The notes: generated by a model from the sequence alone, not told the origin. Shown: positions 9,067 through 18,915, numbered from the stretch's first letter. The stretch is 64,000 bases of DNA from a virus (IMGVR_UViG_3300037312_000330:160001-224000); one strand, 5' to 3'. Made by a program: numbers and translations.

Positions 9067-9200
9067 ATGATCGCCAATCGCATCACGGCTGCACGAGGCA
9101 ATTGGAATCCAGACGTCATCAAGCCGGTGAAAAGACTCCAGATAACGATACCCACGCCGGGCAAATCGATTTTGATGCTGCGTGGAAGATGCAAATGTGA
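9067..9200 (+). pseudogene. micro-gene with MIANRITAA signal interrupted by a -1 frame break
   Basis: MIANRITAARGNWNPDVIKP, then the -1 frame GEKTPDNDTHAGQIDFDAAWKMQM*; its TGA overlaps the RBS of the next gene. Confidence 0.55.
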
Positions 9201-9206
9201 GGACGT

Positions 9207-9647
9207 ATGTCGATCAACAAGAAAGTAGAAGCAGCGGCGATAAGCGGAGCAGGAATTCTGTTCGTCCACGACGGGAAGATACTCCTGATCTACCGTAGTG
9301 CCGATGTAGTCGACCCCAATCTGTGGTGTGGTGCGGGTGGCAAGATCGAGCCCGGTGAAACACCGGAAGAGGCGGCGGTACGTGAAGCCAGCGAAGAGAT
9401 TGGCTATACAGAAGACGACACGCTGGAACTGATCCCGCTGTACGTCTACAACAGTGACAAGCTGGTGTTCCACAACTTTGTGGGTCTGTTGCCTCGCGAA
9501 CGCTTTCGCCCGACACTAAATTGGGAATCGGAGGGTTACGGCTGGTTCACTCTGGACAAGCTGCCGAACAACCTCCACTATGGATTCCAGGAGATCCTGG
9601 ACGATAAGGAAGCAAGCACCGTCCTCAAGGACGCGATGGAGAAGTAG
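9207..9647 (+). CDS. Nudix hydrolase with MSINKKVEAA signal-like N-terminus
   Basis: Nudix box GGKIEPGETPEEAAVREASEEIG. Confidence 0.93.
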   Translation: MSINKKVEAAAISGAGILFVHDGKILLIYRSADVVDPNLWCGAGGKIEPGETPEEAAVREASEEIGYTEDDTLELIPLYVYNSDKLVFHNFVGLLPRERFRPTLNWESEGYGWFTLDKLPNNLHYGFQEILDDKEASTVLKDAMEK

Positions 9648-9875
9648 ATGCCGGTCAAAAATCGCGTAGAAGCGGTGGGCGAGTCTGACGACGAATTGAA
9701 GGAATGGGAAGCAATCGCCAAGTTCGTGAAACGGGGCAAAGGCTCGGCCGTCAAGGACAAGGGTAAGAAGGTGCTTTCTACATACGATAAGCTTCCCAAG
9801 AGCAATCCAACAGTTCATGAGATAGAAGTAAACGGGACACGTTATGCGATCGTAAGGATCGTGAGTCTGCGATAA
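9648..9875 (+). CDS. small protein with MPVKNRVEA signal
   Basis: 75 aa, abuts the Nudix stop codon. Confidence 0.65.
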   Translation: MPVKNRVEAVGESDDELKEWEAIAKFVKRGKGSAVKDKGKKVLSTYDKLPKSNPTVHEIEVNGTRYAIVRIVSLR

Positions 9876-9899
9876 ACACTAACAACGAAGGCAACTGCA

Positions 9900-10739
9900 A
9901 TGAGAATGCGCAACGTAGGACCAAAGAACATCACGCGCTCTCTGTTGGAAGACAAGCCGCGTAAGCGCAAGAAGAAGTTGGAAGGCGACGATCTGACATT
10001 CAGGGTCCTGGCACGCAAGGACCCAGAAGACCTATCAGACGATGAACGCCGCGAGCTCAAAGATTTGCGCAAGAAGCGTAAGGAACGCAAGAAGAAGCGT
10101 GAGCTCGAAACCATGGAACAGGCTGAGCGTAACGACAGAGACTACGAAGCAGAAAAGAAAGGTCTCAAGCGCAAGGAAACAAAACTGAGCAAGAGCCGCG
10201 ATCTAGTTGTATCGGTTGGTGCAGGCAACCTGAGCACAAAGGAGCGCAAGGCACTCGAACGTCAAGCCGAGTCTTACTTCGGTGCCAACAGCGTCAAGAT
10301 CATGGACATGCTGGAGAACGGCGATGCCGACTCTGGCATCACTGTTCTCAAGAAGACACTGCTGATGACGATCATCCGCGTATTGCCGATGGCCGAAGAC
10401 ATCCTAACCAACAGCGGGACGGCAAAGGGCACCTATCAGTTCGTGACGTTGATCAGCCAGATGCGTGAACTCATGGCTGACATCCAGGCCGACAAGGACA
10501 AGCAATTCCTTGCACAGTCGATTGCTGAACAGATTATCAGACCTGCGTTCATGAACATGGCGCAAGAGATGATGATGCAACACCACACCTTCCGCAAGAA
10601 GGGTGACCTGTTCGTAGTTCCATCCAAGAATAGCTACTTCTCGGAACAACTACTGGAGTTGGGGAAGAATCTGGCTGCAATGATGCAGACAGAGTACAAG
10701 GAAGTGAGCACCAAGATCCAAGAGGCGCTCAAAAACTGA
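9900..10739 (+). CDS. hypothetical protein with a Lys/Arg-rich N-terminus and helical C-terminus
   Basis: 279-aa ORF; exact start uncertain. Confidence 0.6.
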   Translation: MRMRNVGPKNITRSLLEDKPRKRKKKLEGDDLTFRVLARKDPEDLSDDERRELKDLRKKRKERKKKRELETMEQAERNDRDYEAEKKGLKRKETKLSKSRDLVVSVGAGNLSTKERKALERQAESYFGANSVKIMDMLENGDADSGITVLKKTLLMTIIRVLPMAEDILTNSGTAKGTYQFVTLISQMRELMADIQADKDKQFLAQSIAEQIIRPAFMNMAQEMMMQHHTFRKKGDLFVVPSKNSYFSEQLLELGKNLAAMMQTEYKEVSTKIQEALKN

Positions 10740-10748
10740 GGACACATC

Positions 10749-10979
10749 ATGGAATTCATCCGTTCGTTCTACTCTGGGGTTGGCGACTTCCTAGCAGTTG
10801 GTCGCATGGCGTGGAAGCGTCTACTCCTGGTGTACGTTGTGGCAACCGTGCTTGCCTGTATCATCGGTTTCTTTATTCCGTTCGTGAACGCGCGCAACTT
10901 CGGGATTGGAACCGGTCTTGTGATCACATTCCTCCTGTGGATCCTTGGATATCTCGGGATGCGCAACAGCAACATGTAA
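10749..10979 (+). CDS. small membrane protein (2 TM)
   Basis: Two hydrophobic stretches; RBS GAGGA. Confidence 0.6.
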   Translation: MEFIRSFYSGVGDFLAVGRMAWKRLLLVYVVATVLACIIGFFIPFVNARNFGIGTGLVITFLLWILGYLGMRNSNM

Positions 10980-11085
10980 CGACTGTTACTCTGTGTTACA
11001 CAATAGGCCACTCACCTGTGTTAAGCTAGGGTAGGCGCCCACACTCTCGCACCAATTCACCATATCCTCCTATCAGGAACCACGT

Positions 11086-11268
11086 ATGGCTATTAGAAAC
11101 AGGATAACTGCTAGTGCGAAGACTTTCTATCAGGCCAACTACTCTCCGGAATGTGTACTCTTAAGCAGATCCAGGATTTCGCCACAGCTTGGAACAAATG
11201 GCGTGATGACTTCCGTAATGGAAAGAATCCGCCAGCCTTTAAATATCCATAATAGAAAACGACAATGA
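11086..11268 (+). CDS. micro-protein with MAIRNRITAS signal; probable -1 frame break
   Basis: Zero frame gives 60 aa. The -1 frame after SP reads GMCTLKQIQDFATAWNKWRDDFRNGKNPPAFKYP* (ends 11252) with better codon usage. Confidence 0.55.
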   Translation: MAIRNRITASAKTFYQANYSPECVLLSRSRISPQLGTNGVMTSVMERIRQPLNIHNRKRQ

Positions 11269-11921
11269 GACCAGAACGCAGTACCAAATGCTTCTTGCTC
11301 CAGCCTAGTGGCTTGCATCAGATACGTCTGCGACGTTTCACACGTGATGGCGGAGAGTGCCAATGCCTCGGTAACTATGGATACCACGATGCCAGCTTCA
11401 TCATCGACACACCGTTCAAGTTGACTGAGGATGAGGATGTCAACAAGAACATCCATCCAGGCGAAGTCCATGCTGGCATCGCCTACGACGATCTGCGTTG
11501 GCCCACACATTGCGCATGCGGCTACGAATTCCCCGATTCTGTAGGACGTCAGTTCTTCCCGGAAGAACTCTACGGCAGGGAAGGTACTGCTGAGCTAGTT
11601 ACGCTCCGTAATGCACCGCATGGAGCAATGTGGTATGCTACGTGGATGGAGGACTACCCCGCTATGTGTGGTCCGGATGGTAAGGCTCTGGTGGTCAAGG
11701 TACATGGACGCGAATGGCTAGTGGACAGTCGCGCCAGCAACTGCACGATGCCGGACGACAACGTACATAAATGCTGGATACGACACGGATCGCCACCGAA
11801 TGTGACTGTTGACAAGCAAGGTCATACGTGCGCGGCTGGCGCAGGATCCATATGGGTAGGAATGAACAGCCCGGACGGCTGGCACGGATTCTTACGTAAT
11901 GGGTTCCTAGAGGAGTGCTAA
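11265..11921 (+). CDS. Cys/His-rich hypothetical protein (C-terminus DUF6527-like)
   Basis: WPTHCACGY, SRASNC, TCAAGAGSI...WHGFLRNG; family name recalled from memory, unverified. Confidence 0.5.
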   Translation: MRPERSTKCFLLQPSGLHQIRLRRFTRDGGECQCLGNYGYHDASFIIDTPFKLTEDEDVNKNIHPGEVHAGIAYDDLRWPTHCACGYEFPDSVGRQFFPEELYGREGTAELVTLRNAPHGAMWYATWMEDYPAMCGPDGKALVVKVHGREWLVDSRASNCTMPDDNVHKCWIRHGSPPNVTVDKQGHTCAAGAGSIWVGMNSPDGWHGFLRNGFLEEC

Positions 11922-11922
11922 C

Positions 11923-12696
11923 ATGCCTGTCTTGCCAACGGCTCCGCCAGAAAAACCAGATCAAGACGAGAGTCTTACCGATCTCTCGGTGATTGGAGTA
12001 CCGGCGGAGTACCGAGATCAGTTTCCCCAAGTGGTCGCCTATCCATCGAAATTCAGTGACGCTGGATTCGATGTATGGAAGGCAATGCTGAAAGACCAGC
12101 GATTCACAAATCGCATGGTCAGCATGGGTACTAAGGACATGGCTTGGCATACAGCAATCCAGGAGTTCCTGCGACTGTGTGACGAGTCGAATATTGATCC
12201 GATCATCGGTGGTGCGCCAACTGCGCCAACTGCCTACTTCCACAATCAGGTGCGCAGAGGCCGCATCTTCTTGGTGGACTACGCGAACGAGATCGGCCTG
12301 TTCAAGAGGATAAAGATCCAGTTTGCTACGCGAGACATGCGAGAGTATATCCGCACAGACAACGGGTTCACTATCTACTCGTATGCTCGCATGTTTCCCG
12401 TACTGGATCCAACGCTTCCAAATTGGCTGACGAGCTTGCCGATGCCTCGCTTCATCAAACATCAGCGTACTCGCATGGTTGCTACTGTGAGACCGGGTGT
12501 CCGGTTCTGGGTCAATTGCGAGAACCTGCATCGTGTGTATGTAGGCCAAGAAATTGACGTCCCGAACAGTACGATCGACATCCCGGGCAATCACACCCCT
12601 ACGAGAGCCGAAGTGGATGCGTATATCGACTACCAGATTTGGATGCCTCTCGTCCGTTCCATCAAGTACGACGACATACCCAATAGATTATTTTGA
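11923..12696 (+). CDS. hypothetical protein
   Basis: 257-aa ORF with RBS GAGGAG. Confidence 0.65.
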   Translation: MPVLPTAPPEKPDQDESLTDLSVIGVPAEYRDQFPQVVAYPSKFSDAGFDVWKAMLKDQRFTNRMVSMGTKDMAWHTAIQEFLRLCDESNIDPIIGGAPTAPTAYFHNQVRRGRIFLVDYANEIGLFKRIKIQFATRDMREYIRTDNGFTIYSYARMFPVLDPTLPNWLTSLPMPRFIKHQRTRMVATVRPGVRFWVNCENLHRVYVGQEIDVPNSTIDIPGNHTPTRAEVDAYIDYQIWMPLVRSIKYDDIPNRLF

Positions 12697-12730
12697 TGGA
12701 AAATCATATCCTGTAAATAGGCATTATAAC
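12689..12730 (+). promoter_or_regulatory. adjacent TATTTTGATGG and TGTAAAT..TATAAC promoter-like motifs
   Basis: TATTTTGATGG 12689-12699; TGTAAAT 12712-12718; TATAAC 12725-12730; both motifs recur in other intergenic gaps. Confidence 0.5.
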
Positions 12731-12732
12731 CC

Positions 12733-12975
12733 ATGATCTACAACCAGCTAGAGTCGATGAGCGATGAGGAGATCGACAGTGCGATCGTCGACATACTCGC
12801 TCAGTTTGAGGACAACGAACGCGACTTCGGTCTGGCGTCGGTGACGTACAATTCGAAGTTCTTTTCCGATCTTCCTGCTGCGTTCAAGAAACGCGCGTGT
12901 CTTGCTCTGAAGAATCATTTCACGAATCAAACGAACAACTACTGGAATGAGCAGTCCGAAAACCAATTCATATAA
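12733..12975 (+). CDS. hypothetical protein
   Basis: 80-aa acidic ORF filling the gap. Confidence 0.5.
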   Translation: MIYNQLESMSDEEIDSAIVDILAQFEDNERDFGLASVTYNSKFFSDLPAAFKKRACLALKNHFTNQTNNYWNEQSENQFI

Positions 12976-12990
12976 ACCCCGAGGATAATA

Positions 12991-15900
12991 ATGCGACCAC
13001 TAACCAACCTTCGGCAACAGGTACAATTCAAGCTGGACAAGAAAGAGATGCGCTCCGGCTTCGTTGGCATCTTTGATCCGAAGCTGGGATCCCGCAACGT
13101 CCTGAATCAGGTATATTACTGTCTGGTGGCAGACGCCATCTGTCCGACAGTGCGCAACATCGCACCAGATGCTGATCTTGTCAAGAAGATCATGTCTCCT
13201 AGCGAGGGAGTGCCAAGCCCATTGCGAGATAAGGACCGCAAACGTGTCGTGCACTCTGTTCTGAAGAAGAACAATGCTGCTAAGCGTCTTGAGTTCCGTA
13301 CTACGCTGGGCATCGTTAGCGACAAGTACATGACCAGCTCGCTGGACATGGCTGGAGTCTTTCAAGGTCCTCTTAACATACAGGATCATGACTACCAACT
13401 GTCTGGTGACTATGCCACCAATCCGTCTATCGGCGGTGGAAAGATAATCACTGGAAAAGAAGTAGCGAGCTGGAAAAACATCCACCCGAAGGCGCGTGCG
13501 ATGTTCGAGACCTGTCTCGAGAAGATTGAAGCAACACAGTCCAACGGTCAGGTGTGGATTTGGGCAACTTGGATCATTTCCCAGAAGGAAGCCGAGTACC
13601 TGTGCAATTGCAAGTGGATGGAGTTGCGCATGAGCGACATCTATCCTACATTGATCGATTGGGTTGCTTCGATCTTTGGACGTTACACGCGTCTTCCGAA
13701 GACGATCTCCAAAGTGTCAATGATCGCGCACGAGGTCAAGGAAACTCTGGCTGCCGCGAAAGGAACGGTCAAGCCACGCGTCGGTGTTGACGGCATCGTA
13801 GCAGACATCAATGGTGGCTTCTACGTTATCCCAGAAGTTGATCAGAGTGCTCAGTATGAGCAGATGCTGATGGACTTTGGTCTCAAACCAGATGGCACCT
13901 ATTCGTGGGCACAGATCAAGAGCCTAGGAGGTCTGGGTGCTGGTGATGCCAGTCCAGTAGGTGGTGAGGATGACGACGAGGGTAACGGAGAAGGTAACGA
14001 CGATCTTCAGGAAGACAACGGAGACGAAGAGACCCTCCAGATAGACCTCAACGAAACGAAGCAGTCTGGTGGAAAGAAACTACCGGCCAACATGCCGATC
14101 TTCAGCGACTGGCTGAACGACAAGTTCGTGTATTCGAATACCGCTGGTAACTTGGCGGTCTACGATCTGTCGGACACCATGCCTGCCAAGGAGTTCCACT
14201 TCTCCGAGTGGCTGTCTACTACCATAACTGGAAATGAGCAGCGCGGATCTGGTTCTGCAGCTATCATGGCGCAGATGGTGAACGTTGCTGGACAGCTAGA
14301 CGGCACTGTATGGGATGCTCCTAAAGCCGATGATTTTGCTGGCTCTGAGATGGCGATGTCTATTCTCAGTCTGCCGAAGAATCAGGAACAACCACGTTCC
14401 TTCGCTGGTGCAATGGATATGGCGTTCCGTCTACAGACTCAGGTCTACGAAGGCGATGAAGACAAAATGCCGTATGCAGAACGCGGCACGAAGTTCTACT
14501 ACGTAAAGATCGAAGACCTTCAGCCAGAGTCGCAGTTCGATGGTTTCAAGTTCGTTGGTCGCATCCTTCTAAAAGCGGCTAAGGCCATCGAAGAGAACAT
14601 GGAGGTTCTCTACAATCGCATGTCTGTGATGTCGGCCCTCCAGTTGCTGGCCTACAGCCGTATGATCAAGCATGCTCCACACGCACATGTGATCCGCGAA
14701 CAGGACATGGCGAAGCGAGGCAAGTACATCAATCAGGCTGTAGATCCGAACTATAAGCTGAAACCTATCCCGAACATTCACGACAAGATCGTTCTGCGTC
14801 CACACCAATATAAGGTGCAGAACCTGATGCGAGAGCATCCGGAGAACGCTGCGTATCCAGTGGACGCCGGCGGTGGTAAGACGATCCTGATCCTGCTGAA
14901 CATCTTGGAAGAGATGCGAGACGGCAAGATTAAGAAGCCCATCATAGCTTGCCCAAGTACTCTGGTCGATCAGTACGTGCAGGAAGCCGTGGACCAAACG
15001 CATGGCCGAGTCAACATCATCCCTGTTACGAACCAGACAGCACGCATGCACGGTCTGGAACGTCTGCAGAAGATGATTGAGACTGCTCCGCCAAATACGA
15101 TCGTAGTCACAGACTTCGATTTCGTGAAGGGTAAGAATAAGAACGTAGCGTACGGAAACAAGTCGGTGGTCGTGTGGAACAACGCTGAATGGCTGCGTCA
15201 GTTCGAATTCGATCTGATCGCCATCGACGAAGTCCATAAGCTGAAGAACCTCGCGTCTGCACGTAGACAAGCAGTCGCGCGCCTGATGCAGGACATCCCT
15301 TATAAGCGGATCGCATCGGGAACTCTGGTAGATGATACCCTCGTCGATCTCGTGTCACAAGTAGCTTTGTTCGATCCTACGATCTTTGGATCTCAGGAGA
15401 AGTTCAAGTCTACATACGCTGCTTCTGAACGGGGTGGTAAGGTTCTGGCGTGGCGACAAGGTGCTCAGAAGGAGATCCAACAACGCATTTCCGAACATTG
15501 TATCTGGGCACAGGCGAAGCGCAAGGAATGGGCGGCTCTGCTTCCCACTCCGGTTGAGCAATTCTGGGCAGTGAACCTGACCGAAAACCAGCGACTTCTT
15601 TACGACTCGATCCTCAAGGAAACTACAGATCTGATCGAAGAGGCGATGGCCAAGAACCCGGAGCTGAAAGAGGCACTGGAGTCTGGTGATGAGACGCTGG
15701 CAGACGATCTGGAATCCATGTTGCGGCCTTACCTGTCGCGCCTGGAACGTTTCTTGTCGGCGCCTGAAGTCGACGAAGCTGCTTCTATCTTTCTCAAAAG
15801 CCCAGAAGACTTGGTTAGTCCGAAGGTGAGGAAGGTTCACGAGATATGTCGTGAACACATCGAACGGAAGATTCCTGGAAAGATCGTGATCTTCACGAAC

Positions 15901-17715
15901 TACACTGCCAGTGCAAAGGCAGTGTATGACCACGCGCCGCCGGATCTGAAGAAGTTGATGATCCACTACACGGCTGGTCGTAAGATGGAATGCCGTGCGC
16001 AGTTTGCGAAGGATGACAGGAAGCTCATCATGGTTGGTCAGTCGTCATCTATGGACACTGGCATCAACTTCCAAGTTGCAAGCCGTTTGATTCGCATGGA
16101 AACCATCTGGACTCCAGGTACTCTGGAACAAGGTAACGCGCGTATCAATCGTCCGCAGTTGAAATCTAAGGAGGCACGTACTCACGTATACTTCGATTGG
16201 TTGGCTGTAAACCGTTCGATCGACATTACAAAGATTGCACGCCTGACTGCGAAGATCATTTCGAAGGCCAAGTTCGACAACGCCAAGGAAGGAACCTACG
16301 ACAAAGTTGCCGACATGAAGGTGATCCCCATGCGGATCTCCACAATCGCGTCGAAAAACGATTTCGCAACCGACCTCAAGGATTATCTGCTAGCCTATCA
16401 GGACATGCAGAGGCTCCGAGACAAGGACTATGCTGATTACATTCGGGACAATCCCGACAAAATTGATCCAGTAGCCCAACCTCAGGGTGGAATGCTCAAG
16501 GGTTCCAAGCTGATGTCCAGAGTTCCGTATGTTCCAGGCATGACTATCTATGGTACGGAACAACTTGGGCTGGTTCGCTACGATGAATTCTGCAACATCG
16601 ACCTTGATGAACTTGAACTTGAAGACAACGAAGTTGACGAAGGCGGCAAGGACGATGAAGAGAAGGTAGCAGAAGACGACCCCAAGAAAGCAGAAAAGCT
16701 GCGTCACATCGCACAGTTGAAGCTGCGCTGGGCTGCTGAACTCGAACTGGCGATGAACATGCCGTGTCACACCGAATTCGGCGACGGAGTTATCTACGGA
16801 GCTCGCCGCAAGGTGTGGGTTCGTCTTCGCACCGGCGAAGTGCTTCGTGTTCCCAAGTTGCAGACGTTCGTCATAACACGCACGACAACTAACGCAAAGG
16901 ACATGCGTAAGGAGTTGCTGAAGGCCGTTGGCGATGTTCCTCTGACAGAACCGATCGAAGTCCCGGTAGAAGTGGGTGGTGAGACAAACAAACGCCGCAA
17001 GAAGATTGAGGACCAAGAGATCAAGAAGGGCAAACGAGGCGGAAAAATCATTGAGGAAGAACCTGAAGTCGACGAAGAGGAAGCCAAACCTCAAGCCAGC
17101 TTCCAGTTCACTGTCATCAATGACATGTTGGCGATTATGCTCGATGTTGAGAACTCCAGCGATGGAGTTGCCGAGGCGATGCAAAACTATGGCTTCAAGA
17201 TCAGCCCGGAGTATTGGTTCTGCCGCTTGAAGGGTCCGAAGATGATGCTCAAGCTGTTCAACACATTGGCGGCGAAGGGTTTTACTATCGACAAGAAGAC
17301 CAGCGACCACTTGCGTTCCATCTGGGCGTATATGGAAAAGCATGGTCGTCAGATGATCGGTCAAGTGGGGTTTGCCTCAACTCTCGACATCACGCACTTC
17401 CACAGGGAGGTCATTAAGCCAAGCTCCGATCCGAAGCACCTGAAGATCTATCCTATGGTGCAAGACGGTGTCTTGTATATGGTGGCTCCTTCTAAGGGTC
17501 AGACTGGCAACAACAAGGCTGTCCATGTACAAGTGCCGCAGATCCAGTGGAAGCGCGGTGGTGGTGCTGACGAGTTCCTGCGCTTCTGCCACAACAAGAA
17601 CGAAGCGAAGGACGTGCTGGCAAAGATCAAGGAAGATGGGTTTGAGATCCTGAATTCTGATGAACTTGGCAAGCAATGGAAGGCACTTAAGATAGGACCG
17701 CGAGTGAAATCGTAA
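12991..17715 (+). CDS. large SNF2/SF2-family helicase-like ATPase
   Basis: Motif I DAGGGKT, II IDEVH, III ASGT, V MDTGINFQ, VI EQGNARINR; about 590-aa unknown N-terminus. Confidence 0.88.
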   Translation: MRPLTNLRQQVQFKLDKKEMRSGFVGIFDPKLGSRNVLNQVYYCLVADAICPTVRNIAPDADLVKKIMSPSEGVPSPLRDKDRKRVVHSVLKKNNAAKRLEFRTTLGIVSDKYMTSSLDMAGVFQGPLNIQDHDYQLSGDYATNPSIGGGKIITGKEVASWKNIHPKARAMFETCLEKIEATQSNGQVWIWATWIISQKEAEYLCNCKWMELRMSDIYPTLIDWVASIFGRYTRLPKTISKVSMIAHEVKETLAAAKGTVKPRVGVDGIVADINGGFYVIPEVDQSAQYEQMLMDFGLKPDGTYSWAQIKSLGGLGAGDASPVGGEDDDEGNGEGNDDLQEDNGDEETLQIDLNETKQSGGKKLPANMPIFSDWLNDKFVYSNTAGNLAVYDLSDTMPAKEFHFSEWLSTTITGNEQRGSGSAAIMAQMVNVAGQLDGTVWDAPKADDFAGSEMAMSILSLPKNQEQPRSFAGAMDMAFRLQTQVYEGDEDKMPYAERGTKFYYVKIEDLQPESQFDGFKFVGRILLKAAKAIEENMEVLYNRMSVMSALQLLAYSRMIKHAPHAHVIREQDMAKRGKYINQAVDPNYKLKPIPNIHDKIVLRPHQYKVQNLMREHPENAAYPVDAGGGKTILILLNILEEMRDGKIKKPIIACPSTLVDQYVQEAVDQTHGRVNIIPVTNQTARMHGLERLQKMIETAPPNTIVVTDFDFVKGKNKNVAYGNKSVVVWNNAEWLRQFEFDLIAIDEVHKLKNLASARRQAVARLMQDIPYKRIASGTLVDDTLVDLVSQVALFDPTIFGSQEKFKSTYAASERGGKVLAWRQGAQKEIQQRISEHCIWAQAKRKEWAALLPTPVEQFWAVNLTENQRLLYDSILKETTDLIEEAMAKNPELKEALESGDETLADDLESMLRPYLSRLERFLSAPEVDEAASIFLKSPEDLVSPKVRKVHEICREHIERKIPGKIVIFTNYTASAKAVYDHAPPDLKKLMIHYTAGRKMECRAQFAKDDRKLIMVGQSSSMDTGINFQVASRLIRMETIWTPGTLEQGNARINRPQLKSKEARTHVYFDWLAVNRSIDITKIARLTAKIISKAKFDNAKEGTYDKVADMKVIPMRISTIASKNDFATDLKDYLLAYQDMQRLRDKDYADYIRDNPDKIDPVAQPQGGMLKGSKLMSRVPYVPGMTIYGTEQLGLVRYDEFCNIDLDELELEDNEVDEGGKDDEEKVAEDDPKKAEKLRHIAQLKLRWAAELELAMNMPCHTEFGDGVIYGARRKVWVRLRTGEVLRVPKLQTFVITRTTTNAKDMRKELLKAVGDVPLTEPIEVPVEVGGETNKRRKKIEDQEIKKGKRGGKIIEEEPEVDEEEAKPQASFQFTVINDMLAIMLDVENSSDGVAEAMQNYGFKISPEYWFCRLKGPKMMLKLFNTLAAKGFTIDKKTSDHLRSIWAYMEKHGRQMIGQVGFASTLDITHFHREVIKPSSDPKHLKIYPMVQDGVLYMVAPSKGQTGNNKAVHVQVPQIQWKRGGGADEFLRFCHNKNEAKDVLAKIKEDGFEILNSDELGKQWKALKIGPRVKS

Positions 17716-17719
17716 GTGG

Positions 17720-17735
17720 GTGGGCTACGGCCCAC
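17720..17735 (+). terminator. hairpin with TACG tetraloop after the helicase
   Basis: GTGGGC-tacg-GCCCAC, followed by a weak TCTCT tail. Confidence 0.45.
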
Positions 17736-17764
17736 TCTCTATTATCAACAACACAAGGCAACAT

Positions 17765-18337
17765 ATGAAATTCGAAACACAAGACGACATCCATGCTCTT
17801 CTGATCAACTATCTAGCCGGCAAGGGCTTTCTCTCTGAGAAACAAGCGGCCTCCGGATGGCATCCGGACGTTGAGAAGATCTACAAAGATTATGCACACC
17901 ATGGACTCGGAGTACCGCATCCGGTTATGGTCCCGCATGATGCATCCTTGATCCCGCAGGTGATCCTGGAAGACGCCGGTCTCGTAGGGCAGTTCGCAAA
18001 GCCGGGTGTAGCCGCTGCATCAACAATGCACTCTAGCGAAGAGCAGAATAGCACACCTGCTGAAGATGTAATTAAGGAGGATGATAACGGTGACCTATCG
18101 TTCATGCTCCAGACTGGTCTTAATCAACCGAAGGTCCCAACCGAGGGTGAGAAACTTGCTGACGTTGTGAAGACTGGCACGGAGGAAGTGGCATCCGAGC
18201 TGGAGTCTGGCGATGTAGTGACCAAGGAATCGTTGGAAACAGAGAAGAAGGTAGATGAGGAAGCAGAGTCCGATGAAGCACCTGCATCTGACGTAACTAT
18301 CGATTCTGACGACGATCTCGACTCGATCGACGCGTAA
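17765..18337 (+). CDS. acidic hypothetical protein
   Basis: Start moved to ATG 17765 (AAGG upstream); D/E-rich C-half. Confidence 0.6.
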   Translation: MKFETQDDIHALLINYLAGKGFLSEKQAASGWHPDVEKIYKDYAHHGLGVPHPVMVPHDASLIPQVILEDAGLVGQFAKPGVAAASTMHSSEEQNSTPAEDVIKEDDNGDLSFMLQTGLNQPKVPTEGEKLADVVKTGTEEVASELESGDVVTKESLETEKKVDEEAESDEAPASDVTIDSDDDLDSIDA

Positions 18338-18346
18338 GCCATCGTG

Positions 18347-18526
18347 ATGAAGATCGTGCTCCTATGCTGCTGCGCAATGGTAGTTGGGTGCGCGGTCAAG
18401 TACGAACAATGTCGTCCATCAGCTAGCGCCGAAATCAAGCAAGACTGCACCTCCAACGGGTTGCACCCAATGGAGTGCTTGGGTCAGCTTTGGATCAAGA
18501 TAACATGTCCAACGGAAAACCTTTAG
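18347..18526 (+). CDS. small lipoprotein
   Basis: MKIVLLCCCAMVVG-C signal peptide II/lipobox. Confidence 0.5.
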   Translation: MKIVLLCCCAMVVGCAVKYEQCRPSASAEIKQDCTSNGLHPMECLGQLWIKITCPTENL

Positions 18527-18533
18527 CCTAACG

Positions 18534-18890
18534 ATGAAGAACATACACTTGAACATGGAAGGCGCAAGCAGTACATGCGCCACCGCAATCGCATGTAAAT
18601 GCAGAGGCCCACAAGGTGACGACCCGTGTTGCCCGTGTGAGATGATTCATGTGCAGATCATCAATGGACGCTACATGAAAATTGTTGATCTTGGTCCTGC
18701 ACCGAGTCATCTTAAGGACAGGCCACTTCCGCAACACAAATTCTGGGGAGCTGGGGAGGCCGACTGTCCGGAAGACCTGAAAGCACCGAATGGCGAGTTG
18801 GTCGACATGCGCTGCAAGATGTGCGGCGACGGATGGCGCAAAAGCGGTGACGTATGTTGGGCGGCGTTCCAAAATCGGGGGTCGAAATGA
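18534..18890 (+). CDS. Cys-rich hypothetical protein
   Basis: CKC..PCCPCEM and CKMC motifs. Confidence 0.55.
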   Translation: MKNIHLNMEGASSTCATAIACKCRGPQGDDPCCPCEMIHVQIINGRYMKIVDLGPAPSHLKDRPLPQHKFWGAGEADCPEDLKAPNGELVDMRCKMCGDGWRKSGDVCWAAFQNRGSK

Positions 18891-18915
18891 GAGAAGGTTG
18901 GGACAGCTGAAGAGC

